The notes beneath the pieces were generated by a model. It ran no database searches. It had not been told where the DNA came from and saw nothing but the letters and a program-made list of their open reading frames with translations. The translations under genes were made by a program, and so were the position numbers. A stretch of 64,000 nt of DNA, from contig JBPOIB010000009.1 of NCBI GenBank assembly GCA_052034935.1, positions 2,357 to 66,356 on the forward strand. Direction: 5' to 3'. Below, piece by piece: positions 18,593 to 28,293 of the stretch; the stretch's first letter is position 1; each line of letters begins with the position of its first letter. The DNA comes from Candidatus Moraniibacteriota bacterium. Its GTDB lineage: Bacteria > Patescibacteriota > Minisyncoccia > Moranbacterales > UBA1568.

Positions 18593-21177
18593 GCGACAGA
18601 GACGCTCCCGCTTGCTTCAGCGGTATTCCCGTTTTTATCCTCGACCGTTACTTTGATATCGAGGGTAGAATTGTTCTGGTCTCCAGGGATGCTGTAGTCA
18701 ATGGTGTAAGGTTTCTCGCTCCTCTCGCCCACGATGTCACCTTCTACTCGGAAAATGACCTTGGCGACCCCGTAAGGGGCATTTACGTTCGTTTTGAGCA
18801 AGAGAGTGCTGGAGTTGGATGAACCAGGGAGGTCGAGACTGATTGATGGGCGGTACTTCTTAAAATCGTCTTCGCTACAGTCCTTTTCAGGTGCTTCTTC
18901 AGCTACAGTCCCTTTCTGTTTCTTGTACCAATCCTTCACCGCCTTCTCCCAGTTCTTATACTGGCTATCACTTTCCGGCTTCTCTGGTTCATCCCCGCGG
19001 GGGTCATCGCGCTTCACATAGTGGAGGATATCGTGCGGTTCGACAAAGTCGCGCTTCTTCACTTCCCCTTCCGGGCAGTATTTGTTCGCGAGGCAGTATT
19101 TATCGTCTTCTCCGGGAATCTCACAAACCTTCAAATCCTTCTTATCTTCAAGTTTTCCACCAACCATTGGCTTGTTGATATCCTCCTTTTCATACTTCGG
19201 AAAGCGCTCAATTGCATAGTTGGTAAGTGTCTTATCAAGAAAGGCACGCCAGATTGGGGCGGCGACCACAACACCGTCAGCCCCCTCGGCCATGGGACTA
19301 TTGTCATTGTTGCCCGCCCAAACACCCACCGCGAGCGACGGTGTAAATCCAAGTGTCCACCCATCGCGGAATTCGTTTGTTGTACCAGTCTTCGCTGCGA
19401 CGTCTCGGTCATCAAAGCGTAAGGGGCTATTTTCCCCGAAGGCAGGGGTGCGATAGCTATTCGTCGACATGATGTGTTCAAGCATTGTTACATACTTTTC
19501 TTCGATCACTCGCTCACCCGGTCCGCTCTGGAATTCTTCGAGGATAGTACCTTTAGAATCTTCAATCCGGAGGATGGCAGAAAGGGGTTGTTTTATTCCT
19601 CCAGTTGCGAGAGTTGCATAGGCGTGGACATGATCGAGCAGTTTCACTTCGCCGCCGCCGAGAACGAGCGAGAGCCCGAGTCGGTCCGGGTCATTGAGTC
19701 CCTGGACACCGAGTCGCTTAGCGGTCTCAATCGAATCTTTCACTCCAGCAAGATAGAGTGTCTTTACTGCTGGAACATTGAGCGACTGGGCAAGTGATTC
19801 AGCCATCGAGAGGGGACCGCGGAATTTCCCATCATAGTTCTGAGGCTTGTAGCTTTTTTTTTCATCAGCAGTCTCGAATTCGGTCTCGACATCATACATG
19901 AGTGTCTCGGGGGTGTAACCCTTGGTAAAGGCCGTCAGGTAAACATAGGGCTTGAAAGATGATCCTGGCTGCCGGTCACGGATAGTCACGTTCACCTGGC
20001 CGTCGATAGCGGTATCAAAATAGTCTTTCGAACCGACCATAGAGAGAATTTGTCCGCTCTTTGGATCGATAGCCACCAGAGCGGCATTCTTCGCTTTTTG
20101 ACGAATATTCTTTTCAGCTCCGCCCCGAACAGCCTCTTCTGCAATCTGTTGCTTATCCCAATCAAGGGTTGTTATAACACGGTAGCCGCCCTCCTCAACT
20201 GCTCGATCACCATATTTCTCCTGGAGATAGTCTTTGATGTACATGACAAAATGGGGTGCAGCAATGATATCTTTCTGTGGAGCGAGCTTGCCGAGCGTAT
20301 CGGCATTGATCGCTTCCTCAGCCTGTTCATCAGTAATATAGCCGAGCCTTGCCATCTGACGAAGGGCGTAACTTTGGCGGCCAGAAAGGGCTTCCGTATG
20401 CGAACCATAGGGAGAATAAAAAGTCGTCGCTTGGGGCAGGGCCGAAAGGAGGGCAGCTTCGTCAAGACCGAGTTCGCGGGCTGATTTTCCGAAGAATGTC
20501 TGCGCGGCTGCCTCAATGCCGTAGGCATTCGAGCCATACGGAATCTCATTCAGATACATCTCGAGAATTTCGTCCTTAGAATATTTTGTTTCGAGCTCGA
20601 TTGCGAGGATAACCTCTTTGATCTTCCGCGAGAGAGCCTTCTCGTTGGTGAGCAGGGTATTCTTGACGAGCTGCTGGGTGATAGTTGACCCGCCCTCGGC
20701 CTTTTCGAGGGTGATGATGTCTTTAAATAAGGCCCGCGCAATCGAAGAGAGCTTTATCCCGAAGTGGTTGTAGAAGTCTTGGTCTTCAAGTGAAATAGTG
20801 GCATATTTCACCACGTCCGGCATCCCGGAGAGAGGAATGACGGTGCGTTTTTCCTCACCATGGACTTCGTAGAGGAGTTGAGTACCAGAGCGGTCGTAAA
20901 TTTTTGTCGATTCGGCCACGAACCGATCTCGGACATTGCCGGGCGAGGGGAGATCTTTAGCGATATAGAGGAAGAGCCCAACGATACCGAGAAAACCGAT
21001 ACCACCAAGAATAGCCAGAACTTTTGCCGCTTTCTTCCAAGGAAACCGTTTTTTCGGCCCCTGATTAGCACTCACAATTTCAATCGCCGGCTTGCGCCGG
21101 AAACTCGGCCGAGAAAATATTGATTTTTGGCTGAAATAAAGCATAAAGAAGATGGTAATCTGTCTCATGTATACCAT
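18586..21177 (-). CDS. class A penicillin-binding protein (PBP1A; glycosyltransferase + transpeptidase) with C-terminal extension
   Basis: GT51 motifs EDQDFYNHFGI and GGSTITQQLVKN; transpeptidase SxxK region; N-terminal TM anchor. Confidence 0.85.
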   Translation of the reverse strand: MVYMRQITIFFMLYFSQKSIFSRPSFRRKPAIEIVSANQGPKKRFPWKKAAKVLAILGGIGFLGIVGLFLYIAKDLPSPGNVRDRFVAESTKIYDRSGTQLLYEVHGEEKRTVIPLSGMPDVVKYATISLEDQDFYNHFGIKLSSIARALFKDIITLEKAEGGSTITQQLVKNTLLTNEKALSRKIKEVILAIELETKYSKDEILEMYLNEIPYGSNAYGIEAAAQTFFGKSARELGLDEAALLSALPQATTFYSPYGSHTEALSGRQSYALRQMARLGYITDEQAEEAINADTLGKLAPQKDIIAAPHFVMYIKDYLQEKYGDRAVEEGGYRVITTLDWDKQQIAEEAVRGGAEKNIRQKAKNAALVAIDPKSGQILSMVGSKDYFDTAIDGQVNVTIRDRQPGSSFKPYVYLTAFTKGYTPETLMYDVETEFETADEKKSYKPQNYDGKFRGPLSMAESLAQSLNVPAVKTLYLAGVKDSIETAKRLGVQGLNDPDRLGLSLVLGGGEVKLLDHVHAYATLATGGIKQPLSAILRIEDSKGTILEEFQSGPGERVIEEKYVTMLEHIMSTNSYRTPAFGENSPLRFDDRDVAAKTGTTNEFRDGWTLGFTPSLAVGVWAGNNDNSPMAEGADGVVVAAPIWRAFLDKTLTNYAIERFPKYEKEDINKPMVGGKLEDKKDLKVCEIPGEDDKYCLANKYCPEGEVKKRDFVEPHDILHYVKRDDPRGDEPEKPESDSQYKNWEKAVKDWYKKQKGTVAEEAPEKDCSEDDFKKYRPSISLDLPGSSNSSTLLLKTNVNAPYGVAKVIFRVEGDIVGERSEKPYTIDYSIPGDQNNSTLDIKVTVEDKNGNTAEASGSVSVAY

Positions 21178-21207
21178 GAAAGAGGGCTCTTCTCAAGGCG
21201 TCTGCCG

Positions 21208-22194
21208 TTATGCTGTCGGCAGACCGAAATAGATGCGGAGGATTTCTTCCGCTGCGTCGAATCCAGGGCGGTTCACCGGATTCTGATGGAGGGAAAGGTC
21301 TGGTCCGCCGTTGATTTCGATGATGACTCCGCCAGTTTCGACGAGCGGCCGGCCGATATCTTCGGTAATGACATCAATGCCGGCGACGTTGAGGTAAATT
21401 GCCTTGGCAGCGTCGAGGAAGACCTTCCGGTTCGCTGGATGGACCTGATCGGTAACATCGATTGCGGCTCCCCCGTGGGAAATCGGTGCGATGAGGTAGA
21501 GGGGAACGCGGATTCCGGGTGCCGGCACCATAGAAAGGGTTAGTTCCTGCTCCCCGAGGATAGAAATAAGCTCCGGTTTGATCGGGATAGGGTAGAGCTC
21601 GGATTCAGAGGTGAGGGTACGGTTATGGGATTCGATCAGCGTGAGTATGGTGTCGCGGCCATTGCCGACCAGTGTCGGTGGGATATATTCAGCAACTGCG
21701 ATGATGTGCCCCTCGAAAACGAGAATTCGGTATTCTTTACCGCGGATCTTTTTTTCCGCCAATACGTAAGTGAATTCTTTTTTGATCGCTTCATAGGCGG
21801 TGACCGCTGATTCGAGCGAGGGGAGCATCCCGTGAACGCCTTTTCCGACCGTGCTCGCGAGCGGCTTCAAGAGGATATCCCCCTTATGCTTTTCGTAAAA
21901 AGCGGCCAGTTCAGTCGAATCGGAGATAAGGAGTTGGTCAGTTGTAGGGAGTTTCTCTTGCCGGAGGATTTCATTGGTACTTGCCTTATCGGCCGCGATC
22001 TTCATCCCAATAAAAGAAGTGGAAAGAATCGTTGCCCCGAGGGTAAAGAGCTCTTTTTCTCCGTTGGAAATGCGGAAGACGGAACGGCGTTTTTCAGTAC
22101 CGCCCTTGATGGAGGCATACGGCGCTACTGTTAGGTCGAGTCGTTTTGCAGCCTGAAAAAACCCAAATTTTGAGGGAGTGTTAGAGTCGGGCAT
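21208..22194 (-). CDS. stand-alone cyanophycin-synthetase-N-domain-like ATP-grasp ligase
   Basis: KEYRILVFEGHIIAVAEYIPPTLVGNGRDTILTLIE and GGAAIDVTDQVHP...IIEINGGPDL closely parallel CphA ATP-grasp motifs; no Mur-ligase-like C-terminal half. Confidence 0.6.
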   Translation of the reverse strand: MPDSNTPSKFGFFQAAKRLDLTVAPYASIKGGTEKRRSVFRISNGEKELFTLGATILSTSFIGMKIAADKASTNEILRQEKLPTTDQLLISDSTELAAFYEKHKGDILLKPLASTVGKGVHGMLPSLESAVTAYEAIKKEFTYVLAEKKIRGKEYRILVFEGHIIAVAEYIPPTLVGNGRDTILTLIESHNRTLTSESELYPIPIKPELISILGEQELTLSMVPAPGIRVPLYLIAPISHGGAAIDVTDQVHPANRKVFLDAAKAIYLNVAGIDVITEDIGRPLVETGGVIIEINGGPDLSLHQNPVNRPGFDAAEEILRIYFGLPTA

Positions 22195-22207
22195 AGGTGT
22201 TTTAGTA

Positions 22208-22236
22208 GAAAAATAAAAAACGCCCAGGAGCGTTTG
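22208..22236 (-). terminator. intrinsic terminator downstream of GT4 gene
   Basis: AAACGC/GCGTTT stem; on minus strand followed by UUUUUUAUUUUU. Confidence 0.45.
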
Positions 22237-22341
22237 GAGAGGATCATCTTAAGCAGGCCTTGAGAGCATCCCTAAACGTCTAAAAAATATATCATAAAAC
22301 AATGAAAATGTAAATAGTTTTAATATGGATGACCAGTATTG

Positions 22342-23370
22342 TTATTGAGGAAGATGTGACTTTATAACAGATGAGTAAAAATCAATGTACGATTGGGCCA
22401 TCTGCTCCGCGCTGAATTTTTCTTCGGCATACCGCCGGCAGGCAGGCCGACTGAGCTGGTCCGTATGTTTGGTTGCCTGGATGAGCTCATTCAGATCATC
22501 TGAGAGAAAAGAGACGGCTGGATCGCTGAGTACTTCAGGGAGCGGATCTACCCGACTGCCGATAACGGGCGTGCCGCAGGCCAGTGCTTCTGCCGAAACT
22601 CGTCCGAATGTTTCTGGGCGGACAATCGGAAAAAGGAGGGCCTCCGAGTGGCGGAGTAAGTCAAGGAGCTCTTGATTGGGGAGATTATCGATAGCCTTGA
22701 TTTGTGAGCCGTCGATAAAAGGCAGGACCTCTTTCTCGTAGTATGCTTGGCGCTCATCCGAATTCCCCACTCGGCCAATAATAGTCAGTGTTTTCCCCGC
22801 TCCTCGAGCAATCGCGATTGCTCGGTGGATGCCCTTCTGCTCAGTGATGCGTCCGACGGTGATCAATCCCTTGCCTGGTGCGTAGGAGGGGGTGATTTTC
22901 GATACCGGAATACCTGGGTGAATGAACGCATCTGCACCAGTGATCTCCTGCTGCTGTTTGGTCAACGCGACAACCCGGACTGGAGTCGTTCGAATGAGTC
23001 GCATGTCTCTCTCGGCTATCTTGTTGTGGAGCGTCAGTACGGTCGGCACGGAAAGGTGTCGAGAAATGCTGTAGGCATAGCGTTGAGATGAGAGATGGAC
23101 GATATCAAACTCATTCTGATGAGAAATCACCTCGAGCTGGCTGCCGATAATCAAATTTGCTCGCTCCTGATCGGTCTGCTCCTTGAAGTCAGGCATGGAC
23201 CAGAGGCTGGTAGGAAGAATGGGATGGATCTTCGCTCGAGTGGGAAAGTTGGCAGGAGCAAACAGTGTGACGTCTACGCCGGCGTCAGTGAGAGCGTCGG
23301 CGAGCTGAATCGTCCCGAGCTCTGGCCCACCCGTCTCCCCAAACACCGGTGAAACAATGGCTACTCGCAT
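22342..23370 (-). CDS. glycosyltransferase family 1 (GT4-type)
   Basis: MRVAIVSPVFGETGGPE N-terminus and C-terminal E-x7-E-type GT-B features. Confidence 0.75.
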   Translation of the reverse strand: MRVAIVSPVFGETGGPELGTIQLADALTDAGVDVTLFAPANFPTRAKIHPILPTSLWSMPDFKEQTDQERANLIIGSQLEVISHQNEFDIVHLSSQRYAYSISRHLSVPTVLTLHNKIAERDMRLIRTTPVRVVALTKQQQEITGADAFIHPGIPVSKITPSYAPGKGLITVGRITEQKGIHRAIAIARGAGKTLTIIGRVGNSDERQAYYEKEVLPFIDGSQIKAIDNLPNQELLDLLRHSEALLFPIVRPETFGRVSAEALACGTPVIGSRVDPLPEVLSDPAVSFLSDDLNELIQATKHTDQLSRPACRRYAEEKFSAEQMAQSYIDFYSSVIKSHLPQ

Positions 23371-24320
23371 AAGGTGAGTAATTTTTTAGCATGGTCCAGA
23401 CGGACTTTTTCTGGAGCGACGAGCCGGAGAAGATCGAACCCCGGAGTTGTGTTCATTTCAATAAAGATAGGCGTGCCCTCTGGAGTGAACATAAAGTCGA
23501 GCGAGTAATGGGCCCTTTCAAAATGTCGTAACGGGGCCATGATGGATTCCGCTGCCTCCATGCAAGCCGCGGGAATCTTCTCATGAGGAACGAGCACGGC
23601 ATTCGCACCCTGATGGAAGTTCGTAAAGAGCGATCCCTTCTTGGCAATTCTTGAGAGCGCGTAGACAAGTCGGTGATTGATGAATACGAGCCGGAGATCG
23701 GCCACCTCCTCTTTTTGGGAAAAGCTGGGAACTCCAGCGGTTGGAATAAATTCTTGGACGATAACGGGAAAAGCGAATGTTTCCTTGAGGAGCTCTGATT
23801 TTTCACCGATGGCCACCTCTTTTCCGCCTGAGCCATAAAGCAGCTTGACCACCACTTTCGATGACCGTATCTTTTCAACCGCACTCATGAACTGTCCTTG
23901 ATTCTCGGCTAGAAAGGAGGTCGGCATCCATTCGCGGAAGATCAAGTACTGATGGAACTTATTATCGAAGAGCGTCCGGAACGTCGGGGAATTGATAAAG
24001 GGTGTCTGCAAAGACATAACCATTTTCTTTTCAAACAGAGCGTAGTCGTATTTCCCGGCGACCTTGTCGAAGAATGCGTTCGGTCGAGGTGGATGTTCTT
24101 TTTTCTCCCAACACCCTGAAGAGAATGTCCAGGCGCGAGAAAACAACCCGGTCGTCTCGTTATACCAGTCGATATGGGCGCGATAGACATCCCATCCTTG
24201 GGTCGCTGAAAAGGTATAGAATTCTTCGAACGAGATGCGCGTTTCGGGCGAGCCCTGAAGCGGAACAATGTCGCCCCAGTCGTCTTCGTTATAGAGAATG
24301 AAGAGCGCTTTCTGAGCCAT
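23361..24320 (-). CDS. ATP-grasp ligase (YheC/YheD- or RimK-like)
   Basis: Lys + Gly-rich loop KLLYGSGGKEV, hinge QEFIP, DLRLVFINHRLVY, Mg-binding FIEMNTTPGF. Confidence 0.55.
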   Translation of the reverse strand: MAQKALFILYNEDDWGDIVPLQGSPETRISFEEFYTFSATQGWDVYRAHIDWYNETTGLFSRAWTFSSGCWEKKEHPPRPNAFFDKVAGKYDYALFEKKMVMSLQTPFINSPTFRTLFDNKFHQYLIFREWMPTSFLAENQGQFMSAVEKIRSSKVVVKLLYGSGGKEVAIGEKSELLKETFAFPVIVQEFIPTAGVPSFSQKEEVADLRLVFINHRLVYALSRIAKKGSLFTNFHQGANAVLVPHEKIPAACMEAAESIMAPLRHFERAHYSLDFMFTPEGTPIFIEMNTTPGFDLLRLVAPEKVRLDHAKKLLTLCE

Positions 24321-24332
24321 AACGAGGAGGTC

Positions 24333-25748
24333 TTATTTTGTTACATCAACCAGGAAATTTCCGAGGTTCCGGCGGCCGATAATGGCGCGGTACTGGAGAC
24401 TGGAACGATCGACAACAGTCGGATTTGCTAAAATTTCCTGCCCGTCGATAAGAAGCTTAAGGCCGACCTTCGGCCGCATACTGACGCCGTTTGAGGCATA
24501 GACGAACACGATATCCTTGAGATCCGGTATATCTGACCGCAGGTACCTCTTTTTGAGGTCTTCCCGGGCTTTTTCCCCAGCCTCTTGGTTCTCTGGCTGC
24601 ACTGGCTCGATGGTATCAAAGTATTCGAGTACCGGCGTGAACCCGAGTTCTTCAGCGAGGGCGCGATCAATCGCACTGGAATCCGCACCAGTGTCGATTT
24701 TCGCTTCGATCTCGACTTCCTTTCCGTCTTTGCCGACGAGTTTTACCTTCTCGACCGAGCCGATGACATGCTTGCCGGAGAGCCCCTCGATGTTCTCTTC
24801 GATTTCTCCGCCGAAGAGATTCATCCCGACGCGCACGCCGTGGTCGACGCTTTTGATCTTCACGCCTTTTACGCGTTCGAGCCGTTCTTTCAGTCCTGCC
24901 ATGTTGGCGAGCTGAATTGAGAGTCCAGGGCGGGCATTGAGCTCGAGGATGACGGGACCAGCGTCACGGTCGATGGCGATATCGGCACCGAGGAAGCCGA
25001 GGCCGGAGACTTCCTGAGCCTTCACAGCCATCGTAAGAATGTCTTTCCAACGAGGAATCTTGATACCAGAGAGGAGAAGCCGGGTCTCGGGAACGTACTC
25101 GAGGAGCCGCCCCTTTCCGACGATAGCGGTCGTCGTCGTCCCGTTGGCCATGTCGATCCCGACACCGATCGCTCCCTGGTGGAGGTTCGCTTTACCGCCG
25201 GAATCCTTGGTTGGGAGGCGAAGCATCGCCATCACTGGTACGCGATTGAAAGTGATGATGCGGATATCAGGGATACCCTTCCAGGTGTAGGGCTTGAAGA
25301 GCTTGAGGAGCTTGAGCCGTTCTTCGAAAAAAGCGACGTCCGGCTTATTGGAAAGGGAGAAGGATCCATCAAGGATGTTCTGGATGTGGCTCTTAATATC
25401 AGCAACCGTGATGAGACTACCATCAGCCTTTACCCAGGCATCATCGCGCCCCTTTTTACGCGCGTAGACAACCACAATGCCTTCGCCTCCGAAGCCACGA
25501 TTTGGTTTCAGGGCGAAACTGTCGGGCAGCGTCTGCCAGTTGAACACTTCAAGTTCTTCAGCTGACTTGATCTTCGCAATGAGCGCGGAGACCGGCAACC
25601 CATTCTTTTTCAATACGACTTTACAACGGAGTTTCTGATCTGCCATCCGCCGACCACGGGCATGATTATACCGCCGTACATAATCGAGGTTGCGGGCGTT
25701 CATCCCGAGGAGAGTGCGGCTTTGAGCGAGCCAGTCGAAAAAAGACAT
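24333..25748 (-). CDS. alpha-L-glutamate-ligase-like (RimK-family) ATP-grasp fused to C-terminal retropepsin-like DUF785 (RimB-like) domain
   Basis: ATP-grasp: KVVLKKNGLPVS, FALKPNRGFGGEGIVVV, ILELNARPGL; C-terminal EAKIDTGADSSAID ... RAIIGRRNLGNFLVDV matches DUF785 pattern. Confidence 0.6.
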   Translation of the reverse strand: MSFFDWLAQSRTLLGMNARNLDYVRRYNHARGRRMADQKLRCKVVLKKNGLPVSALIAKIKSAEELEVFNWQTLPDSFALKPNRGFGGEGIVVVYARKKGRDDAWVKADGSLITVADIKSHIQNILDGSFSLSNKPDVAFFEERLKLLKLFKPYTWKGIPDIRIITFNRVPVMAMLRLPTKDSGGKANLHQGAIGVGIDMANGTTTTAIVGKGRLLEYVPETRLLLSGIKIPRWKDILTMAVKAQEVSGLGFLGADIAIDRDAGPVILELNARPGLSIQLANMAGLKERLERVKGVKIKSVDHGVRVGMNLFGGEIEENIEGLSGKHVIGSVEKVKLVGKDGKEVEIEAKIDTGADSSAIDRALAEELGFTPVLEYFDTIEPVQPENQEAGEKAREDLKKRYLRSDIPDLKDIVFVYASNGVSMRPKVGLKLLIDGQEILANPTVVDRSSLQYRAIIGRRNLGNFLVDVTK

Positions 25749-25766
25749 AGAAAAAGCGAAAAAGGA

Positions 25767-26426
25767 CTAGGACTCCTGTTTCAAGATATGGCGGAAGCGG
25801 AAAAGCTCCACGAGCCGCAGTCCCGTCCATTTGCCGAGACCGATGTTGATGACAAAGGTAACGAGAATTGCCCAAGGGTAGTGGAGGAAGAATTCTCGGA
25901 GCGCCGGCCAGCCGATGACGAAGTAACCAACGATGGAAATGATGAGTGTTTCACCAGCGAGGATGAGGGCAGTTTTTGACCCCTGCTCGATTTGGGTTGC
26001 GATGAATTTCTCGGCGAGGGTAATCATGATGAGGAGCGGAAAGATGTCGACCGCTGCGAGGCCGGTCCGTTTCAGTGAGGCACCGAGTGCGAGGATGCCA
26101 AGAATCATGAGCGAGATAATCGAGAGCGTGATGGCGACGCGAGGGAGGTAGAGGAGGCGGAAGGCACGGAGAAGGTAACGCGAGAGAATACCCATGCCGA
26201 TGACCGCAAAAAATATCGCGATGCCGTACTTCAACCCCTTTTCTCCAAAGGCAAGAAAGGCGAACGTGATGATTGATGGCGTGTAGATGCCGAAAGCCTT
26301 GATCCCAACGATTTGCCGAAAGAAGGCGACGAGGGTCGCGATAACTGGCAGCATGAGGAGGAGATAAACCGTTTCGAGCGGCACGCCTTCAGTCACAAAG
26401 TAATTGATGATGGGATGATAGTTCAT
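25767..26426 (-). CDS. 7-TM membrane protein (7TM_transglut-like, typical partner of alpha-L-glutamate-ligase-like ATP-grasp)
   Basis: seven hydrophobic helices in 219 aa; 18-nt gap to downstream ATP-grasp gene. Confidence 0.5.
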   Translation of the reverse strand: MNYHPIINYFVTEGVPLETVYLLLMLPVIATLVAFFRQIVGIKAFGIYTPSIITFAFLAFGEKGLKYGIAIFFAVIGMGILSRYLLRAFRLLYLPRVAITLSIISLMILGILALGASLKRTGLAAVDIFPLLIMITLAEKFIATQIEQGSKTALILAGETLIISIVGYFVIGWPALREFFLHYPWAILVTFVINIGLGKWTGLRLVELFRFRHILKQES

Positions 26427-26435
26427 ATATCTACA

Positions 26436-26924
26436 TTATACTCGCCGTTTCGCAAAAGAGGCATGGTGGAGATGGCAGAGCGCGATCGCGAGCGCATCGG
26501 CGACGTCATCTGGTTTCGGGATTTCTTTCAAGTGGAGAATTTCTTTGGCCATGCGCTGCACCTGCTGCTTGTCAGCCTTGCCGTAACCAGTGAGTGCCTG
26601 CTTCACTTCGAGCGGGGTGTAACCAGCTAGGGTAAGCCCAAAATCGGCCAAAGTCAAGAGGAGGGCTCCCCGTGATTGAGCGACTGAGATGGCCGTCTTT
26701 TGGTTATTGAAGAAGAAGAGCTCTTCGAGTGCGGCCGCATCGGGTTTGTATTCCTTTACGATTTCTGTCACATCGTCGCGGATTTCTTGAAGGCGTTTCT
26801 CGAGGGGCAGGTCTTTGCTCGTCGAGATATGGCCGTAGGCAATCGCGACTGTTGTGCCCTTCACATTTTCGACGACCGCCCAGCCGACGGTCGCGGTGCC
26901 TGGATCGATACCGAGGACTTTCAT
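26436..26924 (-). CDS. ruvC: crossover junction endodeoxyribonuclease RuvC
   Basis: MKVLGIDPGTATVGWAVVE RNase-H-like N-terminus; start at ATG 26924. Confidence 0.85.
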   Translation of the reverse strand: MKVLGIDPGTATVGWAVVENVKGTTVAIAYGHISTSKDLPLEKRLQEIRDDVTEIVKEYKPDAAALEELFFFNNQKTAISVAQSRGALLLTLADFGLTLAGYTPLEVKQALTGYGKADKQQVQRMAKEILHLKEIPKPDDVADALAIALCHLHHASFAKRRV

Positions 26925-27700
26925 AGTTTGTTTGAGAATGATTGAGTCGGAGCGAGCTGCCACAGTGCCTTGAAAAGCTCACGTTGATTGCGGGCGAGAA
27001 CAGCGTCGTGGATTTCTACCAGATAGTGTGGGCGAGTTCGCGTTTGGGCCATAAGAATGTAGTCTCCGGCCACCCAATAGCTCGTGTCAAAGGCAACTCC
27101 TTTGGGCATAACTTTCATTTTTCGCATGGTGAGGGAGGCATCCATCTCATGCTCAAGGGGGATATCGTTGAAAAATGACCTGATTTCAATCGAGGCAGAC
27201 CCATTTTTTGCTGCCCACAATAGCCACTCCATGTAGTTGGTAGTAAACGAATCATCTTGATACCCCCACCAAATATTCCCGTAACTTAAGACGCTTTCCT
27301 CCCATCGGGGATAGGCTTCGTAAAGGTGGGTTTTAAGATCAGTCTCCTCCACGAATCGGATCCGTGGGACAGAGTAGTGTTTCTCACTAACGAGGCTGCT
27401 GAGTTCTTTGGCGAGAGTTTTTGCTACCCTTTTTTTCTCAACTATTTTTTTTTCTTCTCGCTCAAAGAGAGCAACGAGTTTTTCTGGGGGAGTAGCGACG
27501 AGATAGGCGACTTTCTGCCCCAGATCCTGAGTCATCAGTCCCATTTTCCCCAATTTTTTGGCCACCGAGTAAACCGTGGTCCGGTTGACGCTGGTAATTT
27601 TTGCTACCTCATTCGGAGCAATTTTCCCCGACCTTAAAACGGCGAGGTAGGTCTCTCGCTCGTTTTCATTCAGGCCAAGTTTTCGGAATAGTTCTTCCAT
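26921..27700 (-). CDS. TrmB-family transcriptional regulator
   Basis: N-terminal wHTH; 259 aa with C-terminal effector-like domain. Confidence 0.6.
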   Translation of the reverse strand: MEELFRKLGLNENERETYLAVLRSGKIAPNEVAKITSVNRTTVYSVAKKLGKMGLMTQDLGQKVAYLVATPPEKLVALFEREEKKIVEKKRVAKTLAKELSSLVSEKHYSVPRIRFVEETDLKTHLYEAYPRWEESVLSYGNIWWGYQDDSFTTNYMEWLLWAAKNGSASIEIRSFFNDIPLEHEMDASLTMRKMKVMPKGVAFDTSYWVAGDYILMAQTRTRPHYLVEIHDAVLARNQRELFKALWQLAPTQSFSNKL

Positions 27701-27728
27701 AACACCTTTCTTGGCTTATTCTAGCATG

Positions 27729-27749
27729 TTGTTGATATATAGTCAACAA
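27729..27749. promoter_or_regulatory. perfect palindrome TTGTTGA-N7-TCAACAA (candidate TrmB-family operator in divergent promoter region)
   Basis: 7-bp arms exact reverse complements, AT-rich 7-nt spacer; sits between regulator start (27700) and plus-strand promoter. Confidence 0.45.
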
Positions 27750-27796
27750 AATATAAATTATATCAATATATTACTTTAAATAAAACATAAAAACAG

Positions 27797-27825
27797 TTGA
27801 CAAACTATAAACAATAGAGTATATT
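27797..27825 (+). promoter_or_regulatory. sigma70-like promoter TTGACA-17 nt-TATATT
   Basis: TTGACA 27797-27802, 17-nt spacer, TATATT 27820-27825; upstream of ORF 27892. Confidence 0.5.
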
Positions 27826-27891
27826 AGGACGTTCCTTAACAACTGAGCTCTCGCTCAACCGTTGCCGGCGGTAACCGGACGAGGAGGCTTT

Positions 27892-28293
27892 ATGTCTTAT
27901 GGAAGTGGCGGCCCCATTGAAAAGCATGGGCGCAAACTGGGCAACTACTTCGTTTGTCACCAAGAGGGTAATCGTCGTCGAGAGACTCTTTCCATTGTTG
28001 CGACAGGCGACGAGAGCATCGGCGCTACGCTGAGCAATATTGGGCTCCTAGAAGTGTGGTGTGGTGGCAGCGCAGCTCACGAATGCGAACAGAAAAGAGC
28101 TATTCAGCCCCCTGTGTTCTGCCTGAAAAGCATCGTGGTATCAATTCGTGACAGGCAAACCGAACTCAGGGTATGGATGTGGTGCAATGACCAGTCGTTG
28201 CATCAGGAAACCTTCATCTTTGATAGGCTGGTCAGTCCCGTGACAAACAGCCTAGAAATGCCGAAAGACAGTTATACCAAGAGGAGGGTATGA
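27892..28293 (+). CDS. hypothetical Cys/His-containing protein (133 aa)
   Basis: strong SD GAGGAGG 5 nt before ATG 27892; several Cys/His (VCHQEG, WCGGSAAHEC). Confidence 0.45.
   Translation: MSYGSGGPIEKHGRKLGNYFVCHQEGNRRRETLSIVATGDESIGATLSNIGLLEVWCGGSAAHECEQKRAIQPPVFCLKSIVVSIRDRQTELRVWMWCNDQSLHQETFIFDRLVSPVTNSLEMPKDSYTKRRV

Noticed and set aside
21127-21543. Plus-strand 138-aa ORF spanning the PBP1A start and the ATP-grasp gene end
   Set aside because: It is antisense to two supported genes and has no start context.
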